Shown: positions 49,527 through 63,165 of the stretch, in pieces
How positions within the stretch are numbered: position 1 is the first letter of the stretch
Layout: every line of letters begins with the position of its first letter
Assembly (NCBI GenBank): GCA_013239625.1
Contig: MU054400.1
Location: 293,146-357,145, forward strand
Length of the DNA: 64,000 nucleotides
Direction of reading: 5' to 3'
Source: Lama guanicoe
Lineage: Eukaryota
Translations under genes and position numbers: made by a program
The notes under the pieces: generated by a model
The model's input: only the letters and a program-made list of their open reading frames with translations
Databases searched by the model: none
What the model was told of the DNA's origin: nothing

Positions 49527-50164
49527 TCCATTCTTTATTCTTGAGTTCCATCTGAGAATATGGATTAAAAACATGGGCCCTCTCCTAGAAAATGCATCAA
49601 TCTCATACGTGATTTCAGGGATTCATGGCCTACCTGAAGCCCAGACCTGGACTGCCCAGGGCACCAAATTTAAATAAGCAGACCAGAGCCAACAATAAAC
49701 ATCAGTACTTTGGAGTGAAAGGGCATCTAAGGGAAGTTAAGCAGAGAAGGCCATTGACGGAAACAGTGGTGTCGTCAGAATTGAGCTGGACTGTGGGGGC
49801 TGGTCATCCAGAGCAGTGTCAGTCACCACTAGTTAATAAAATATCAATGCAAATGCAGCGAGAAGGAGAAAACTGTATTCACCAAAACTCCCCTAGAGGG
49901 GCTTCTACCATATATGATTGATGTGGAATGCTTAGACAACCTGCCTGGGAAGGAGACTGACAGCCCTAAAGGACATGCTGTAAAATAAAAGATTGTCCCC
50001 CTCCAGCCTTCCAAGGAAGGCAGATCTGATTAACCGCAGCAACTTTGCTTCTGCTTAGTAGAGTTTGCAGACTGGGGACCACAGTTGAACTGCTTGGGGT
50101 GTGGGGAAGGGTGTGGGAGCCTGGGAGCCTCCAAACCTACACAGTTCCTGCTCAGCCCCTCCTC

Positions 50165-50385
50165 TCCATCATCACCACCACCATCTTCATTATCATCATA
50201 ATCAACATCATCACTAACACTTATTTTGCTCCAGGCACTGGTCTAAACACTTTACGTGGACCAACTCACTGAATCCTCACAACCATCCTATGATGCAGGT
50301 ATCACCAATGGAGGAAGAGTGGAAGAGCTGAGATTTAAATTCAAGGAGGTCTAAATCTAGAGCCCGCTTTCTTAGCTACAGATAC
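50165..50385 (-). mobile_element. MIR with (CAT/CAC)n tail
   Basis: ccaggcactggtctaaacactttac...aatcctcacaaccatcctatga. Confidence 0.75.
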
Positions 50386-51279
50386 TGACAACATTCAAAT
50401 AAAATGGGGGTTTTTTTCCAAGTAAAATAGTTTTGAAAGGCAAACAAATTTTGATCTTTCCAGGATCCACATGCCTTGGTTTGAACCTATATGTCTTAGA
50501 CTATCCTTAAGTCAGAGAAAATGGGAAAAGAAACAAAAGAGCATAGTATCCTAGAAGCCAAGAAACAAAAAGAAAAGAGTGATCAACTTCTCAAAAATTT
50601 TAGATTCACCAACTAAGGTAAGAACTGAAAAATAACCTCTGGTGTAAGTCTTGGCCTTGGTGAGGGCAATTCTTGTAGAATGATGGGAACAGGAGCCATA
50701 CCACAATGGGCTGATCAACAAATAAGAGGTGAAAAGAAATCACTGAGCGCATATTGCTTTTCAACAAGCAAGTTCTTTAGCTAGGAGGACAGAAACCAAA
50801 TTTTCTTCAGGATAAGGAAGTTCAAATTAAGCCACCCCCAATCCCTCACCCCTACCTCCCACTCCCACCACTCTCCCATCCCAACCTTGCTCCTTCGTAG
50901 GAGAACTAACATTTGCAGCACCCCTTTTAAGAATCAGGTACTAAGTTCCTCATATTCATTATCTCACTTCATTTTCACACTAGCCTTGTCAGGATTATTT
51001 AGAGATTCAAAGAGATTGAGTCACACAGCCCAGAAAGCGGAAGAAACCAAAGCTGCACTAAGGACGGCCTCGTTCCAGAGCTCTTGGGATTTGACTTACA
51101 TGAAGGAAAGGAAGACTGCATATATAGGTAAACTGAGGTGACGATGCAAGAGCCAAAGAAGAGACTGCAGGTACCAAATCACCGATGCAGCAAGAGCCAT
51201 CAATGTTTTCCCTTTCTGTTGGGCCCTTCCTTCAACATTCCACCTCCTAAATTACTGTAAAAAGGAAACTCATTGACCA

Positions 51280-52075
51280 CTTCAGATATGGCCATATTTC
51301 TCTTCTCTCTTTTAGAGCAAAACTCCTAGCCTAGATTTGCTGTCTCCTCTTTCTCTTGTTCTATTGTCCCCTAAATACTCTCCAGTGAAGGCTTTTTTCT
51401 CCTCAACACTCCACCGAACTGCTCTTTTGAAGGCCACCAGGACCCTCCGCATTGCCACATCCAGCGGTTGATTTAAGAATCAAGCTCATCTTACTTGACT
51501 AGAAGCAGCATTTAACACAGTTGATCACTCCCTCCTGAGGGAGACACTTTTCCTGCTTGGCTTCTGAAACAGCACCTAATCTTGATTCCAGCTGCTCCTT
51601 CTCAGTCTCCTTTGCCGGCTTGTCCTCTCCATGCCCTTGACCTCAACATTGAGGGACCAGAGAGCTCATGCCTAAGCTTGCCCCTGCTGCCTCTCACTTT
51701 TTACTTTATCTTCTACTTCCCTGCCTCCCTGTCCCACTCCTCCACTGACCCCCTTGCTGTCCCTCCAACTCCAAGGATGCTCCTGCCTGGGTGCCTCCGG
51801 ACTCCTACCCCCAGATGCCCCTCACTTCATTCAGGGTTCTGACCACACCACAGAAAACAGCAGCCCCAGTCACCCTCTCCCTCCTCACGTGGCTTTTTCT
51901 CCCAGCACTTACCACCACCTGATACACTATATAACTGTTCGTTAGTTTGTACATTTTCTGTCTTCCTTCGCTAGATTCTGAGCACCACATGAGCAGAGAA
52001 TCTTTGTGTCTTGTGTACTGCTGTGTTGCCTGCCTAATACAATGCCAGCACATAGTAAATAATTAGTTAAGTATC
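51280..52075 (+). mobile_element. L2 fragments reaching the 3' end
   Basis: agcagcatttaacacagttgatcactccctcct; acaatgccagcacatagta. Confidence 0.8.
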
Positions 52076-52089
52076 AGTTCGATGCCTAA

Positions 52090-52790
52090 ATGAAAGGAGG
52101 CAGCAAGATGCGATTCAGAACTCAAGTGGAGAGGCTGGCCTTGGAAAGCAGAAGGCACAGGCCCTCTTCTGAGAAAAGAAGAAACAAGGTGAAGATAGGC
52201 CTTCATTTGATAAGTTTGGTGATAGCTGGAAGTGGGGAACGCTGGTCAGTTTCACACGCTGGAGCCCATCATTTGGAAGGCGGGATGGTGGAGCAAGGTG
52301 ATCCATTGAGAGTGAGGACAGATGGGATTAAGAAGGTTAATGTAAGGCAAGCAGTAAAGGTTAGGAATTACCATTGAGACAACTGAGGATAAATAAAAAG
52401 ACTGCCACACAGTTGTAGCCTAAATGGCCCAGAACATCCAGGTTGATGGCTGGAACTCACACACCTGGATCTCGGGACAGATGGAGCATTAAAATTCCAG
52501 GTTTGGAAATCACTGACACATAGGTAGTGATGGAAGCTGAGAGCAGGAGCTCAACCATAGGGGGTTTAGAGCAAGTGAAAATCATGCCAAGGACAGCCCC
52601 CAGGAAACTGTCAGCATCCAAGGTGTGTATGACAGAGGCAGAGCTGCTAAAAAGACTGTGGGGGAGCCTGCTGGGCAGCAGGAGGTGAAGAGGAGAGAGG
52701 GAGTAGGGAAAGCCAGGGAGGAGAGAGCTTCAAAAAGGAGGAAGGAGTCAGAGGTGTCAAATGCTGCAAAGAGGTCAAAGAGAAGAACCA
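52090..52790 (-). mobile_element. L2 fragments
   Basis: gaggtgtcaaatgctgcaaagaggtcaa. Confidence 0.55.
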
Positions 52791-53331
52791 ATTATTCGAA
52801 TGGGTTACTAAAGAATTATGAGTTTGGCACTTATCTCGCTACTAGATGTTTACAGTTTTCATTGCATTAAAATAATGCTCAGTTTACTTGTTGAACTGCT
52901 AGTTAGGGCAAGCAGGGATGCACATTAGTGTCCACCAGTGAGCTTTTAAAATACTAATGCCTGAATATTCCTCCTGAATAATTATAGCAGAATGCCTGAG
53001 AGGTGGGGTCCAGGCATGAGTTTATTGTGAAAGGCCCAGGGGATTGTAGCATGCAGCCAGGATTGATCAGTACCTTGCTGGGGGAAACCAGGTCTTCTGC
53101 AATAACCACATGGGGAACCCCCATGCCCAGCACATGCTGGGCCACCCTAGCCCACTCAACAGAGCAGAGGACAGAAAACTCTGGTCCTTAAGATAATGGG
53201 AACAATCTGCTGGGATGCTGGTGGACCTTGCCTAGGCACTTATATGATGGTTACCCCCTGTGGCAGGTACCCAGTTCCCATTTGCTTCCTTGGTTTGGCA
53301 GATCCTTCAAACAAAGATCCTGGTCTATTCA

Positions 53332-53373
53332 CGTCGTCGTCGTCGTCGTCATCATCATCATCACCATCATCAT
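53332..53373. repeat. Compound (CGT)6(CAT)n microsatellite at a MIR tail
   Basis: Seen directly. Confidence 0.95.
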
Positions 53374-53374
53374 A

Positions 53375-53620
53375 TCCACTGAGCTGTTTACTGTACCAGG
53401 CACTTGCTAAGAGCATGACATGCCTTAACTCATTTAATTAACTCATCTAATATGACACTCCTATGAATTAATCCCTATTTCATGAGATAAAGAAGCTGAG
53501 GCTCATAAAGTGACGTGCCCAAGGATCACAAAGCTAGAAAAAGGCAGAGCTGGGACACTAATCTAGCCCAACACAGCCCAAGCTGTAAACCATGTCTGTA
53601 CCACACTGCTCCACTCCACT
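53375..53620 (-). mobile_element. MIR SINE
   Basis: ccaggcacttgctaag...aagaagctgaggctcataaagtgacgtgcccaagg. Confidence 0.78.
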
Positions 53621-55500
53621 GCCAGGCTGAGTCCTCTTCCTGCCTGAGCACCACCCCCTGCAGCTTCCTAGGAGGGCTGCTCTCCCAGCTCCACCTGCCC
53701 TGAGGCTGGGCACTTCCCTGCAAGACTGTCACACAGCTGCCTTATATTAAATCCTTTCCTTGGCATTACATGTACGGATTCGTCTTCTACCTTCAACCTT
53801 TGACACACATTGACTTCTGTTAAAGGGGCTTGAGTTATCAAAATTCTAGTGCAAATGAGAACTGACCCTTAAAAACTCATGCAATCAGAACACAGGATTT
53901 TAAAACAAAGATGTAAAATTGTTATTTCCATAGCTTCAGCAATTAGCTCTCAGAAAAGAGCATTCCAGAAAAACAAGTCAAATAGAAATGCATGAACTAA
54001 CTAAATTGGCCTTTATTATAGACATTGTACTTCAATAAAGCATTGCTTACTATAGAGCAGGAGGTGGGTTTTTGGTTTTTCATTCATTAGGTCTTGGGTC
54101 CTTTCTGCCACAAGTGCTTCCACGTGTTTCCTGTACTTCTGCACTTACAAGTCCATCACAAAGAGAAATTAGTTCATGGGAACACTTTGCTCCCTGTGCA
54201 TTAATCTCTAGCTCTTTGAAAGCTCTTAGAAAGCAGGGGCCCCATAGAGGGGCCTTGGCTTGTAATTATCATCCCCTTAGGATCCAGTAAGCAAGCCAGC
54301 TATGAGGGGGTGCACTCCTGAGACTTGCTCTGAATGCTCTGGTAAATCCACACCTGCGTGGGCGCAGTTAGTGAGGACTGGGAAGTCACCCAGGCTTACC
54401 AGAGACAGCATCACGTCCACTGGACAACTTTGATCGGATTCATCTTGCATAAAATCTTCTTTACTTGTTCAGACGTGGGTCTTTAGGATGCGTTGTTTTT
54501 CCTGCATCTCCTAATGAATTGTAGTAATCAAGATCAACAGTCATGCACTGGTGTACCGGTATTCGGAAAAGAACTGCAGAACTGAACAATTCGGAATCAC
54601 CTATTTCTGGGTTTCTCTGTCTTTTCTAACCTTTGCCCACCATCCAGGAAGATTTGGTTGAACTTTACATTCAGTGGTTTTAACTGCTAAATAAATATGT
54701 GTGATTTTTGTTCATTTTACAAATCTGAGATTTGATAATAAAATGCAACATGCTTTCTGAGATCACATAAGATAAGTGATCTTTTAGGGGACCCACCCCA
54801 GTTTTGATATGCAGCTTGTGCCTGCCCCCTTGGGCTCACCGATGTAGTATCCTTTTTTAATTTTAAAGATTAGGAAACTAAAGCCTAGAGATGCTCAGAT
54901 GCCAGAGGCCTGGGGATTAAGTTCATGAGGGCAATTAACACCATGGCTGGGGCTGGACCAGTGGACTCTGTACCACCACTGGCTGGTCGTTTTCACTCCA
55001 CCACTGTCCTGTGAACTGCACCTAACGCTTTCACAGCCATAATTCTTACTTCATATTTCAGTAAAGTAATTCTTATCAGTTATATACATTATCAGAAGCC
55101 CGTATACATGTCTAAATCCCAAAGTGACGGATGTTATGGCTCCATAGCTGTATCGGTGGACAGGCTGTGCTGCATATGAACATGCCTTCTTTCCATCATC
55201 ATATGTGTCACTTTGTCATTATGTTTTTATGGCACCAGGGCTATGCAGGAATGCTGGGCTCCCATCTCGGATCCTGCCCTCTCTCTTCTTTTCTCCCTCC
55301 ATGTCTTCTTCATCCCCATCTATGGCTACATTACAGCATAGACAGTGATGGTCCCTAAATTTCTATTTCTGTCTGAGCCTCTGTTCCAAGTTCCTGACAC
55401 ATGTGCCAGGTGCTGACTGGATCACTTCCACCTGGATGTAGATTTGGAAAAGCTAGGAAAATGCCAAGAAGTTGTTACTTGAGGCAACAGGTTACTCTTG

Positions 55501-55631
55501 TTTTTTATTTGTCAGTGGGAGGTAATTAGGTTTGTTTGTTTGTTTGATTGAAATGGAGGTACTGGTGACTGAACCCAGGACCTCGTGCATGCTAAGCACA
55601 CACTCTACCACTGAACTATACCCTCCCCTCC
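55501..55631 (-). mobile_element. Camelid-type tRNA-derived SINE
   Basis: ggtaattaggttt...tggaggtactgg..tgaacccaggacctcgtgcatgctaagc; ctcttgtt repeated on both flanks. Confidence 0.9.
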
Positions 55632-55989
55632 TTTTCTCTTGTTAATATAGCTCTTTCTAAGACATAACATGAGCTTGTGCTTAGTCAATGTGATGGCTGC
55701 AGAGTCAGCACTCAAGTTCCTTTCCCTCCTCACCCCCTTACCTCTGCATACTCTGAGGGGCAAGGACAGAGATTCTCAGGCTTCCCTGTAATCTGCTCCT
55801 CAAGAGGAAGACACAAAAGGAATGTTCCATTGAATGAGGCTCTTTTTTCTGCAGGAGGGGAGAAAAGAAATGAAGAAAACTAAAAAACAAACAAAAACCT
55901 TAGCATTAGAAATAATCAAAACAGAAGTATGTGCCAAACTCTCTAGAGCAAAATACAGTTTAATCTCCCTGAAAGCTACCCTTGTTTTC

Positions 55990-56400
55990 ACTGATTTATT
56001 CATTCACCCAACTAATAATATTTACTGAGCACCTACCATGTGCCAACCATGTCCTAGGCACTCGGGATACAGCAGGGAACAAAGCAGACAAAGGCCCTGC
56101 CCGCGAGGATTTTGGAGTCTAGAGGCGGGAGATAGCAAGTCACAAAGCACACATAACTTGTCAGTTTGTGACAAGACAACAGAAGAGAGTTTAGGCAGAT
56201 GAATTTATATCAGTGATGGACCATGGAATCTAAGGCCGGTGAGGAGACAAGATCATGGGAGAAGATGGAGGGGCAAAGGAACTGACAAGTTTTGGACACA
56301 TCATCCTCACGGATACTGAAGTCACCCAAGGTGATAAAGGAAGTAGAACTGGAGAGAAACAGGAGGCCCAGGCCGAATCTGTGCCCTTCCACTGGAGAAC
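55990..56400 (-). mobile_element. L2 3' end and adjacent fragment
   Basis: ttcattca...tatttactgagcacctaccatgtgcca...aacaaagcagacaaa. Confidence 0.75.
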
Positions 56401-58061
56401 TGAATGGGAGTACGGTAGCAAGCTGGAGCCCTGAACAGCTCTCTCGATCTCTCTAGGTCTCAGTTGCCACATCCAAAAATGAAATGGCACAAATAAACAA
56501 TCTATAAGGTGGCTTCCACCTAGAGCTCTAGTTCTGGATGCCCTCAAAGGACAAGTTGAGACAGTTGGTTCAACTTCTTAGCCTCCCTCTGACAGGTAAA
56601 AAGGGTCTAATTAGCAAGGGTATCAATTTATCTGTTAAACAGCACTCAGAATTACACTGTGAATTAGGCATTCCTTTATGAGATCGACTCTGGAGACCTC
56701 ACTAAGTGCTTTAATTAACCATGAAGGAAAGAAAATTCAATTCTGCCACCAATACCTGTCTCTCTCTTCTTTCTGCCATGTCATTCCCACCATTTAAGAG
56801 CTGCTGTCAGTGCTCATTTCTGATCAAGTGTGACTTTCTCAGCCTTGTATTTAAGAATGCCCACCAAAGGGCCCCTCACAGACCTCCAGTCATTCCAGTG
56901 CTCCTCAACACAGACTGATCGACTCTAAGAATGCTGCTCAGGCCCGTTACTCCCCACTGCCCACCACGACCCACACCCTCTGTCCTCCTCACCAATACAC
57001 ACACACTCACCTCACTCCTGTAGAGGACACAGTGATGTCAGCCTAGCTCCTGCCATAGACAAGTTCCATATACGATTACTGCTTAGTACAGTAAGCATCA
57101 TCTGCCCTTGTCTGAGAGAGTCTGCTTTCAAATACTGATGACAAATAGTGACTCGTATGAGCCAATCCCCATGAAGAGTGTAGTGTGTTGTTTCATTCTG
57201 TTTTGGTCCCTGTGGGATTACACTTAAATTTCATGGTTGTTGTTGAAAATAAATTTAGTTAATCATACATTAAAGCTGTACTGGGCAGTAACCAGATAAA
57301 TGGGGGAAATGGGAACAGTGGATGAACCCAAATAGTGTAGTTACTGGTATAAAGTAAATTCTCTACTACTGCCAACATTTCATGATTCTACTGATCTGAG
57401 AATTGAGGGAGATTTTCTCATCATATACTATCATTTTTTCTTCTATTCTTTTTTGCATTCATTTTAAAGTACCAAGATCAGTTGATAACGTTTGATTGTT
57501 CTAGTTGAAATTCCCATGTCCCTTGACGTATCTGTTGAATGGCATTCAGGAGCACATGAAACTATTGGTCAGCAAACACAGCTCCCAAGGGTTTCACATT
57601 TACGATACGAAATGAAAAATAACTTAAAAGCACCATGCTCCACCCTTCCCTCCTATTTCTCTTACAGACAATGTTTTTATGACAGTTTTGGTCTCTTTTG
57701 AAACTATGTATAATTTTTGTGATCTGTTGGAATTCATAAACCTAGAGGGAAGTTTCCTACAATAAGTAAACAAAACCTAAGGGTGAGAAGAATTTATTTA
57801 AGGATTCGCATCCTGGGGAACAAAATCCACACTCAACATCATTATGATTGGAGTGTGGTCAAATGAAACAAATCCCAAAGGATCCTAGTGTTCCAGATGC
57901 AGGGAGAGTATTTTTAGTCCTGCTTCAATTCAATAGGCCTGCATTTGGATGCGGGAACTCCCCGCAATACCCAGAAGACTCCACGTATTAGATGTTTTTC
58001 AGTGTTTTTCAAACCAAGAGTATATGCTATTCAAAGATAGATAAATGGACGGATGAATGGG

Positions 58062-58085
58062 TAGATAGATAGATAGATAGAGATA
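58062..58085. repeat. Short (TAGA)n repeat
   Basis: Seen directly. Confidence 0.9.
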
Positions 58086-58667
58086 ATCTTATTCTCTCCC
58101 AAAAACATATGAACAAATCAGACACACCATCCTTCTCTGCTAGGGTAGGGCACACTACTTATGGCTGACTCCCTGAGAAGCAGATTCCCCGATGGTTCAT
58201 CTGAAAATATTTTCAATAGAATCTTACCAAGACTGGGTCACTTCATGTCACAAACTCCAAGAAAATGATGGCATAGCTGCAAAAATACACACAGGTCATT
58301 TTGATGCGAAATTCCTCATCCAGAGCAAATTAAAAATCCATGTAGACTGCCCTTCGGCTGTGAAATGCAGAGCCACTGAGACGTCGCTTCAGGTAAGCTC
58401 AGCTATGCTTACATTTGTGAATGCTACGAGGTCATAATTATCCAGGGAAAAAAAAGTGAATATTTTATTTCTTCCAAATAAATCTGACTCGCCTGTACAT
58501 GTCACATTTAAAACTAAATTTATATGTTCATAGGCTTATCTATAATTACAGACCAGAAGTTATTCATTATGCTACATATATTACTAATATTTGTAGTCTA
58601 TGAATATCAACCTGAACTCTTTTGTTAGTTATACTCGGTAAGAGATCATGTTAGAAATACTTTTCCC

Positions 58668-58775
58668 GAAAGAAAAAATATATGTGTATGTATATTTGTA
58701 TAGCTGAATCACTTTGCTGTACACCTAAAATTAACATTGTAAATTAACTGCACTTCAACAAAAATTTTTTTAAAA
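58668..58775 (+). mobile_element. Short L1 3' tail, copy 1
   Basis: ctgaatcactttgctgtacacct...aacattgtaaat...acttcaa. Confidence 0.85.
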
Positions 58776-58785
58776 AGAAATGCTT

Positions 58786-58944
58786 ATAGCACAGGGAAAT
58801 ATATACAAGATTTTATGTTAGCTCACAGAGAAAAAAATGTGACAATGAATATATCTATGTTCATGTATAATTGAAAAATTGGGCTCGACACTGGAATTTG
58901 ACACAACATTGTAAAATTATTATAAATCAATAAAAAATTTTTTT
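58786..58944 (+). mobile_element. Short L1 3' tail, copy 2 (different subfamily)
   Basis: atagcacaggg...aatgaatatatctatgttcatgtata...ttgacacaacattgtaaa...tcaataaaaaa. Confidence 0.85.
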
Positions 58945-60284
58945 AAAAATGCTTTCCCCAGATACTCATATTCCTGTTAAGTTTTCATTGTGGTGCTATA
59001 TAATCATATCTGAGTGTTTCCTTCTGGTACATCTAAAAGTTTCATTTTTCATATTGAAAATTTAAAGCTGACCCCAAATTAATTTTGGTTAAAAGTGTGA
59101 ACTATGGGTCTAATGTTATTTCCGCCAAATGGTTAGACAGTCGTCCTGTATATTCAAACAATCTCTGGTTTCCTCACTTATTTGAAATTCCATTTTTATC
59201 AAATACTAAATTATTGCATATACTTTGGCCCATTTCAGGAATATCTACTTACCTTCCTGTCTCTTTTCTCACCACTGCTACCTCCCACCTCCACCCTCAT
59301 CTCTAAGCTCTGGTCATATTTAATGAATCCACAATCCCAGGCTGACCATCCTCTCTTACATCTTCCACACATTGTTCCTTCTCTTTAGAATGACCTCTCT
59401 TCTCCCCTTCTCCTGGCAAACTTCCACTCTTCGTCAGCTCACCTCCACTGGGAACCTCCCATGGACCATTCCGCATGCCTAGTCTGGACCAGATGCTACC
59501 CCTAGTCACCTGACACTCCCCTAGGACTTGTATCAACTTTTCTGTAACTCCGATTATTGTCTTTCCCACCAAGCCAAAGGAATATTTCTTATTTATTTTT
59601 GTAATCCTTATTGTCCAACACAGTGTTTGTTATATAAATTTATTAGACCTAGCAAGTGCCTGCTACTTGCCTGTAGCTACACTCTTTTGATGCTAAACAG
59701 GACTTTCTGTCATCATCTCCAGTCAGGTCTCCCTGGGTACCAGTGGGTGAGCCTGGTTCAAAATTCTGTTCCCTCTAGTCATCCTTCCATTCCCATTCAT
59801 GCCATAAGGTATAACACAAATCTTCTTCCAGGAAAATGCATTCAGGTGGCAACAGATCCTTAGGAACACTGATGGAAAGAAGGCTTGGTTGTAGGATTTC
59901 AATAGTTGTGTCTCCTACCACTCAAATGCCTGCCCCTTACTGGAAACCCCAGATGAGAGGAATGTCACCAGTGAGCAGAACATCCATCAAGCTTCCCTTT
60001 GGGCAAGGGTTCTGTCACAACAACCACATCTGGCACTTCAATGCAGACTCCAACAAATCTGCAGATGTTTGAATGATCTAATTTCCTGGGAAAAATCAAT
60101 CATACAGACCAGAAAGGATCTTTCTGGAACATGACCTCCTAATTCCCACTTTAAAATTTGGCCTAGTCTTTCTGACCCATAAAGGAACAAATATCCTCTT
60201 GGGTTTAGTGTTGTGCACAAATAAAGCTTGCACATCCACCTATTGTGATGCAGCATAAAGGATTAAGAAAAAAATACATATCGT

Positions 60285-60465
60285 CATCACAATTCATTCT
60301 GGGCCAGGCACTTTACCCCCAGTATCTCTAATTGGCACAAAAACCCTGCCTGGTAGCTACGGTTACCTCCATTCTGAATGAGGAAACTGAGGCTCAGAGG
60401 GGCGAAATACCTTGGCCAAGTTCCCCCATAGACAAGAGAGCCAGGTTGATCCTAAAACTGACTTT
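60285..60465 (-). mobile_element. MIR SINE
   Basis: atgaggaaactgaggctcagagggg. Confidence 0.78.
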
Positions 60466-62292
60466 GCCTAATCCTGAAATTCATTCAAGGTTTTTTTAAA
60501 AACACTGCCATAATGTATTCCAATATAAAATACAAAGAGAAAAGATCTCACACTGAGAAAAGTTTTATTTTTCTCAAAAACATTGTTGCTTTGGAAACAA
60601 AAGGCAATTTTCACAAGCCACGTAGTCATAGATTTTTCAGAGTCTTTCCACACCAGCCTCTCATATGCTTATTTCTCTTTAAGTTGGAGTCCCCCACTCC
60701 TGGAGAGGGAAAAGGTTTTCCCCCAATCCCAGGCGTGCAGCTGGCTTTTCCGCGTGGTTAGTTACTACATCTGCACCATCAGCACGGAGGCACAGGTGCT
60801 GTTTTGCATAAAACAAGGATTGACTTGCAGATTATCCATGGGGAGTTTTCTAGGCATAACATTTTTCTCCAATCAAAATTCCACCATCTCTTCAGCCTAA
60901 AGCTTGCTTCCCCAATCATCAATCCTTGGATTAGACCACAAACAAGACATCCTCCGAGGATAGCACAGAACATTACTTTTCAAAACTGATGCTCAGAGGA
61001 ATCCTGCTTGTTGTACCGCAGATGAACGGCCTTCTGCCCGCTCTCCCCTCTGCTAGGAGGACTGGACGGAAGGCTCTGGTCTCTCCTACCCACAATTCAC
61101 TTCCCACTGAGGGAGTGGACCATGTGATGGGTGAGAGTTCACACTCACTGTGCCACAATGACGTACGGTGAACAACATCACCGTACTAAAGGCTGCCTCT
61201 TCCATTTCTGCTCCATATGACGAGCACCCCGGGCTGTCCTTCCTAAGTGGGGCAGGCTTGCCATTCTTCTTGTTCAACCTATGACAGGTGGGTGTGGCAG
61301 GCCTCGAGTCCTGGCACGTGGGTGGAACACTGCAGGCCCAGTTTCTCACTTGCTCACCCTTTCATGGGGCTGAGCGTGTGAATCTAATGTCTTAGATCTG
61401 GGCTGGGTGGTGGAAGCACGTACTTCAGCTTCACATCAGAGTCAGGTTCTCTAATCCAGCTTTTACCAAAGCTTACTTTGGGTATCAGGAGCTTGTCTAT
61501 CTATGAAAAAAGTGGTACTTTCCTGTCTGACTATTATTCCTTATGTGTGCCCCCCATTGGTCAGAATCAGAAAGAGAAAGAGAGGTGAACAGCATCCCAA
61601 ATATCTAACAACTCTTGGAAACCAGGTTCTGAAAATACTCTCTATCAACATTAGAACACCACCAGGTCAAGGGCACATGAGGAAACCCATCCTGACAGTA
61701 AGATGAGATATTCAAAATATCCGAAGTATAGCCTATTAAAAGAATAACATTTCTTCCCTGCTTCATTATCCACGATACGTTTTTTATATACACAGAGGTG
61801 CATTGGTTTGCTGACTCTGGAAAGCCACAGAGCCCTTTGAAAAGGTGAAGAATTAGGAGTCTAACTGCAGGCTGCCAGGTACTGTGAGCTACTGTGTACC
61901 TTAAAGACTAGTTTCAGTATCAGGGCTATTTTGCAAAATTCAACCCAACCTAGTATCTCCTAACCAATATAAACTGCTGCCAGCCCAGTGTCTCCCCATT
62001 CATTCCATATCTTTTTTTTTTTTTATCTGAAGAGGGAATGAAGACTAACATATTGCCCCATTAGCCTTGGGAATAAGAAAAGAGGGAAAAAATGCAATGT
62101 GCCTACTCTCCTTCCTCTCCTGAATCTAAAGTCAACTGCATGGAGCAGGGACGAGTGGTGGGAAGTAGAAAGAAGCTGAATCACTGGTGGGAAAGGCAAT
62201 CATGATTACTGCAAGTAGTTAATCTTCTAGCATAAACTGTCACAAAATAAGGCCTTAGATTTTTTTTTTCTTTAATGAAGGCCTTTTTTTGT

Positions 62293-62389
62293 GGGGTCGG
62301 GTGGGAATAGCTCAGTGGTAGAGGGCATGTTTAGCATGCACGAGGTCCTGGGTTCAATCCCCAGTACCTCCATTAAGAAAAAAAAAAAA
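62293..62389 (+). mobile_element. Camelid-type tRNA-derived SINE with pure A tail
   Basis: atagctcagtggtagag...gcatgcacgaggtcctgggttcaatccccagtacctcc. Confidence 0.92.
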
Positions 62390-62839
62390 GAAGACTTTTT
62401 AAATAAGAAAAAACTATTATACTTTTGCTGCAAACAACACTCAAGTTCTCTAAATATTTATGATATTAATTCTATCAAGCTCTATTACACTGGTCACTGC
62501 CCTAGTCTTCTAGCCCTTAATGTATCCTGATTTATCCTTTGCCATGAAGGGTTAAATATATAATAAAATATAATACGAATCAACAAAAAGTAAGAAAGCC
62601 TATTAGATTTGTATTTGTGTGCCAGCTCTGAGAGATGATTTTTAACAACTAACTGAAGCATTGTGTTAAGGATTCTGAGGCTCATCCAGGCTCAGTGGAA
62701 AAGGTGTTAGTAAGAAGGTCCATGGATGTGAGCAAGGCCCGTGGGCATTGCACATACTTTCCATCCTTGATAGAAAGAGAATCTTACCTTTGAGTTCACA
62801 GGGCCAATTTGAAAGGATGCAGGTAGGAAGGTCCAGTGT

Positions 62840-63165
62840 CACAATAATACATAAGAAGAAGGTGTGGAGTTTGCATTGACTACAAGCTCAATATGAGCCA
62901 GCAACCTGAAGGCACTGACGGGAGGCTGATGATCTCTAGGGTGGCATGGGTGGGGGCGTGCTGTCCAAAGGTAGGAAGGTGTATTCTGCTCTGTTCTGGC
63001 AGGATCATGGCAGCAGTGGTGGGTCCCATTCCAGATGTCACACATGGGAAGAAATGTTAGTCAACATTTAGGCTAGAGAGCAGTACACTCCATAAAGGGC
63101 TTTGGAACCTGTGTTTTATGAGAAAAAATGAGGCTGAAAATCCTGCTGAAAAGAAAACTTAAGGA
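62840..63165 (+). mobile_element. L3/CR1 LINE fragment
   Basis: ttgactacaagctcaatatgagccagca plus downstream L3-like blocks. Confidence 0.55.

Noticed and set aside
57100..57740. AT-rich block resembling an old DNA transposon remnant
   Set aside because: No family or terminal repeats could be identified by eye
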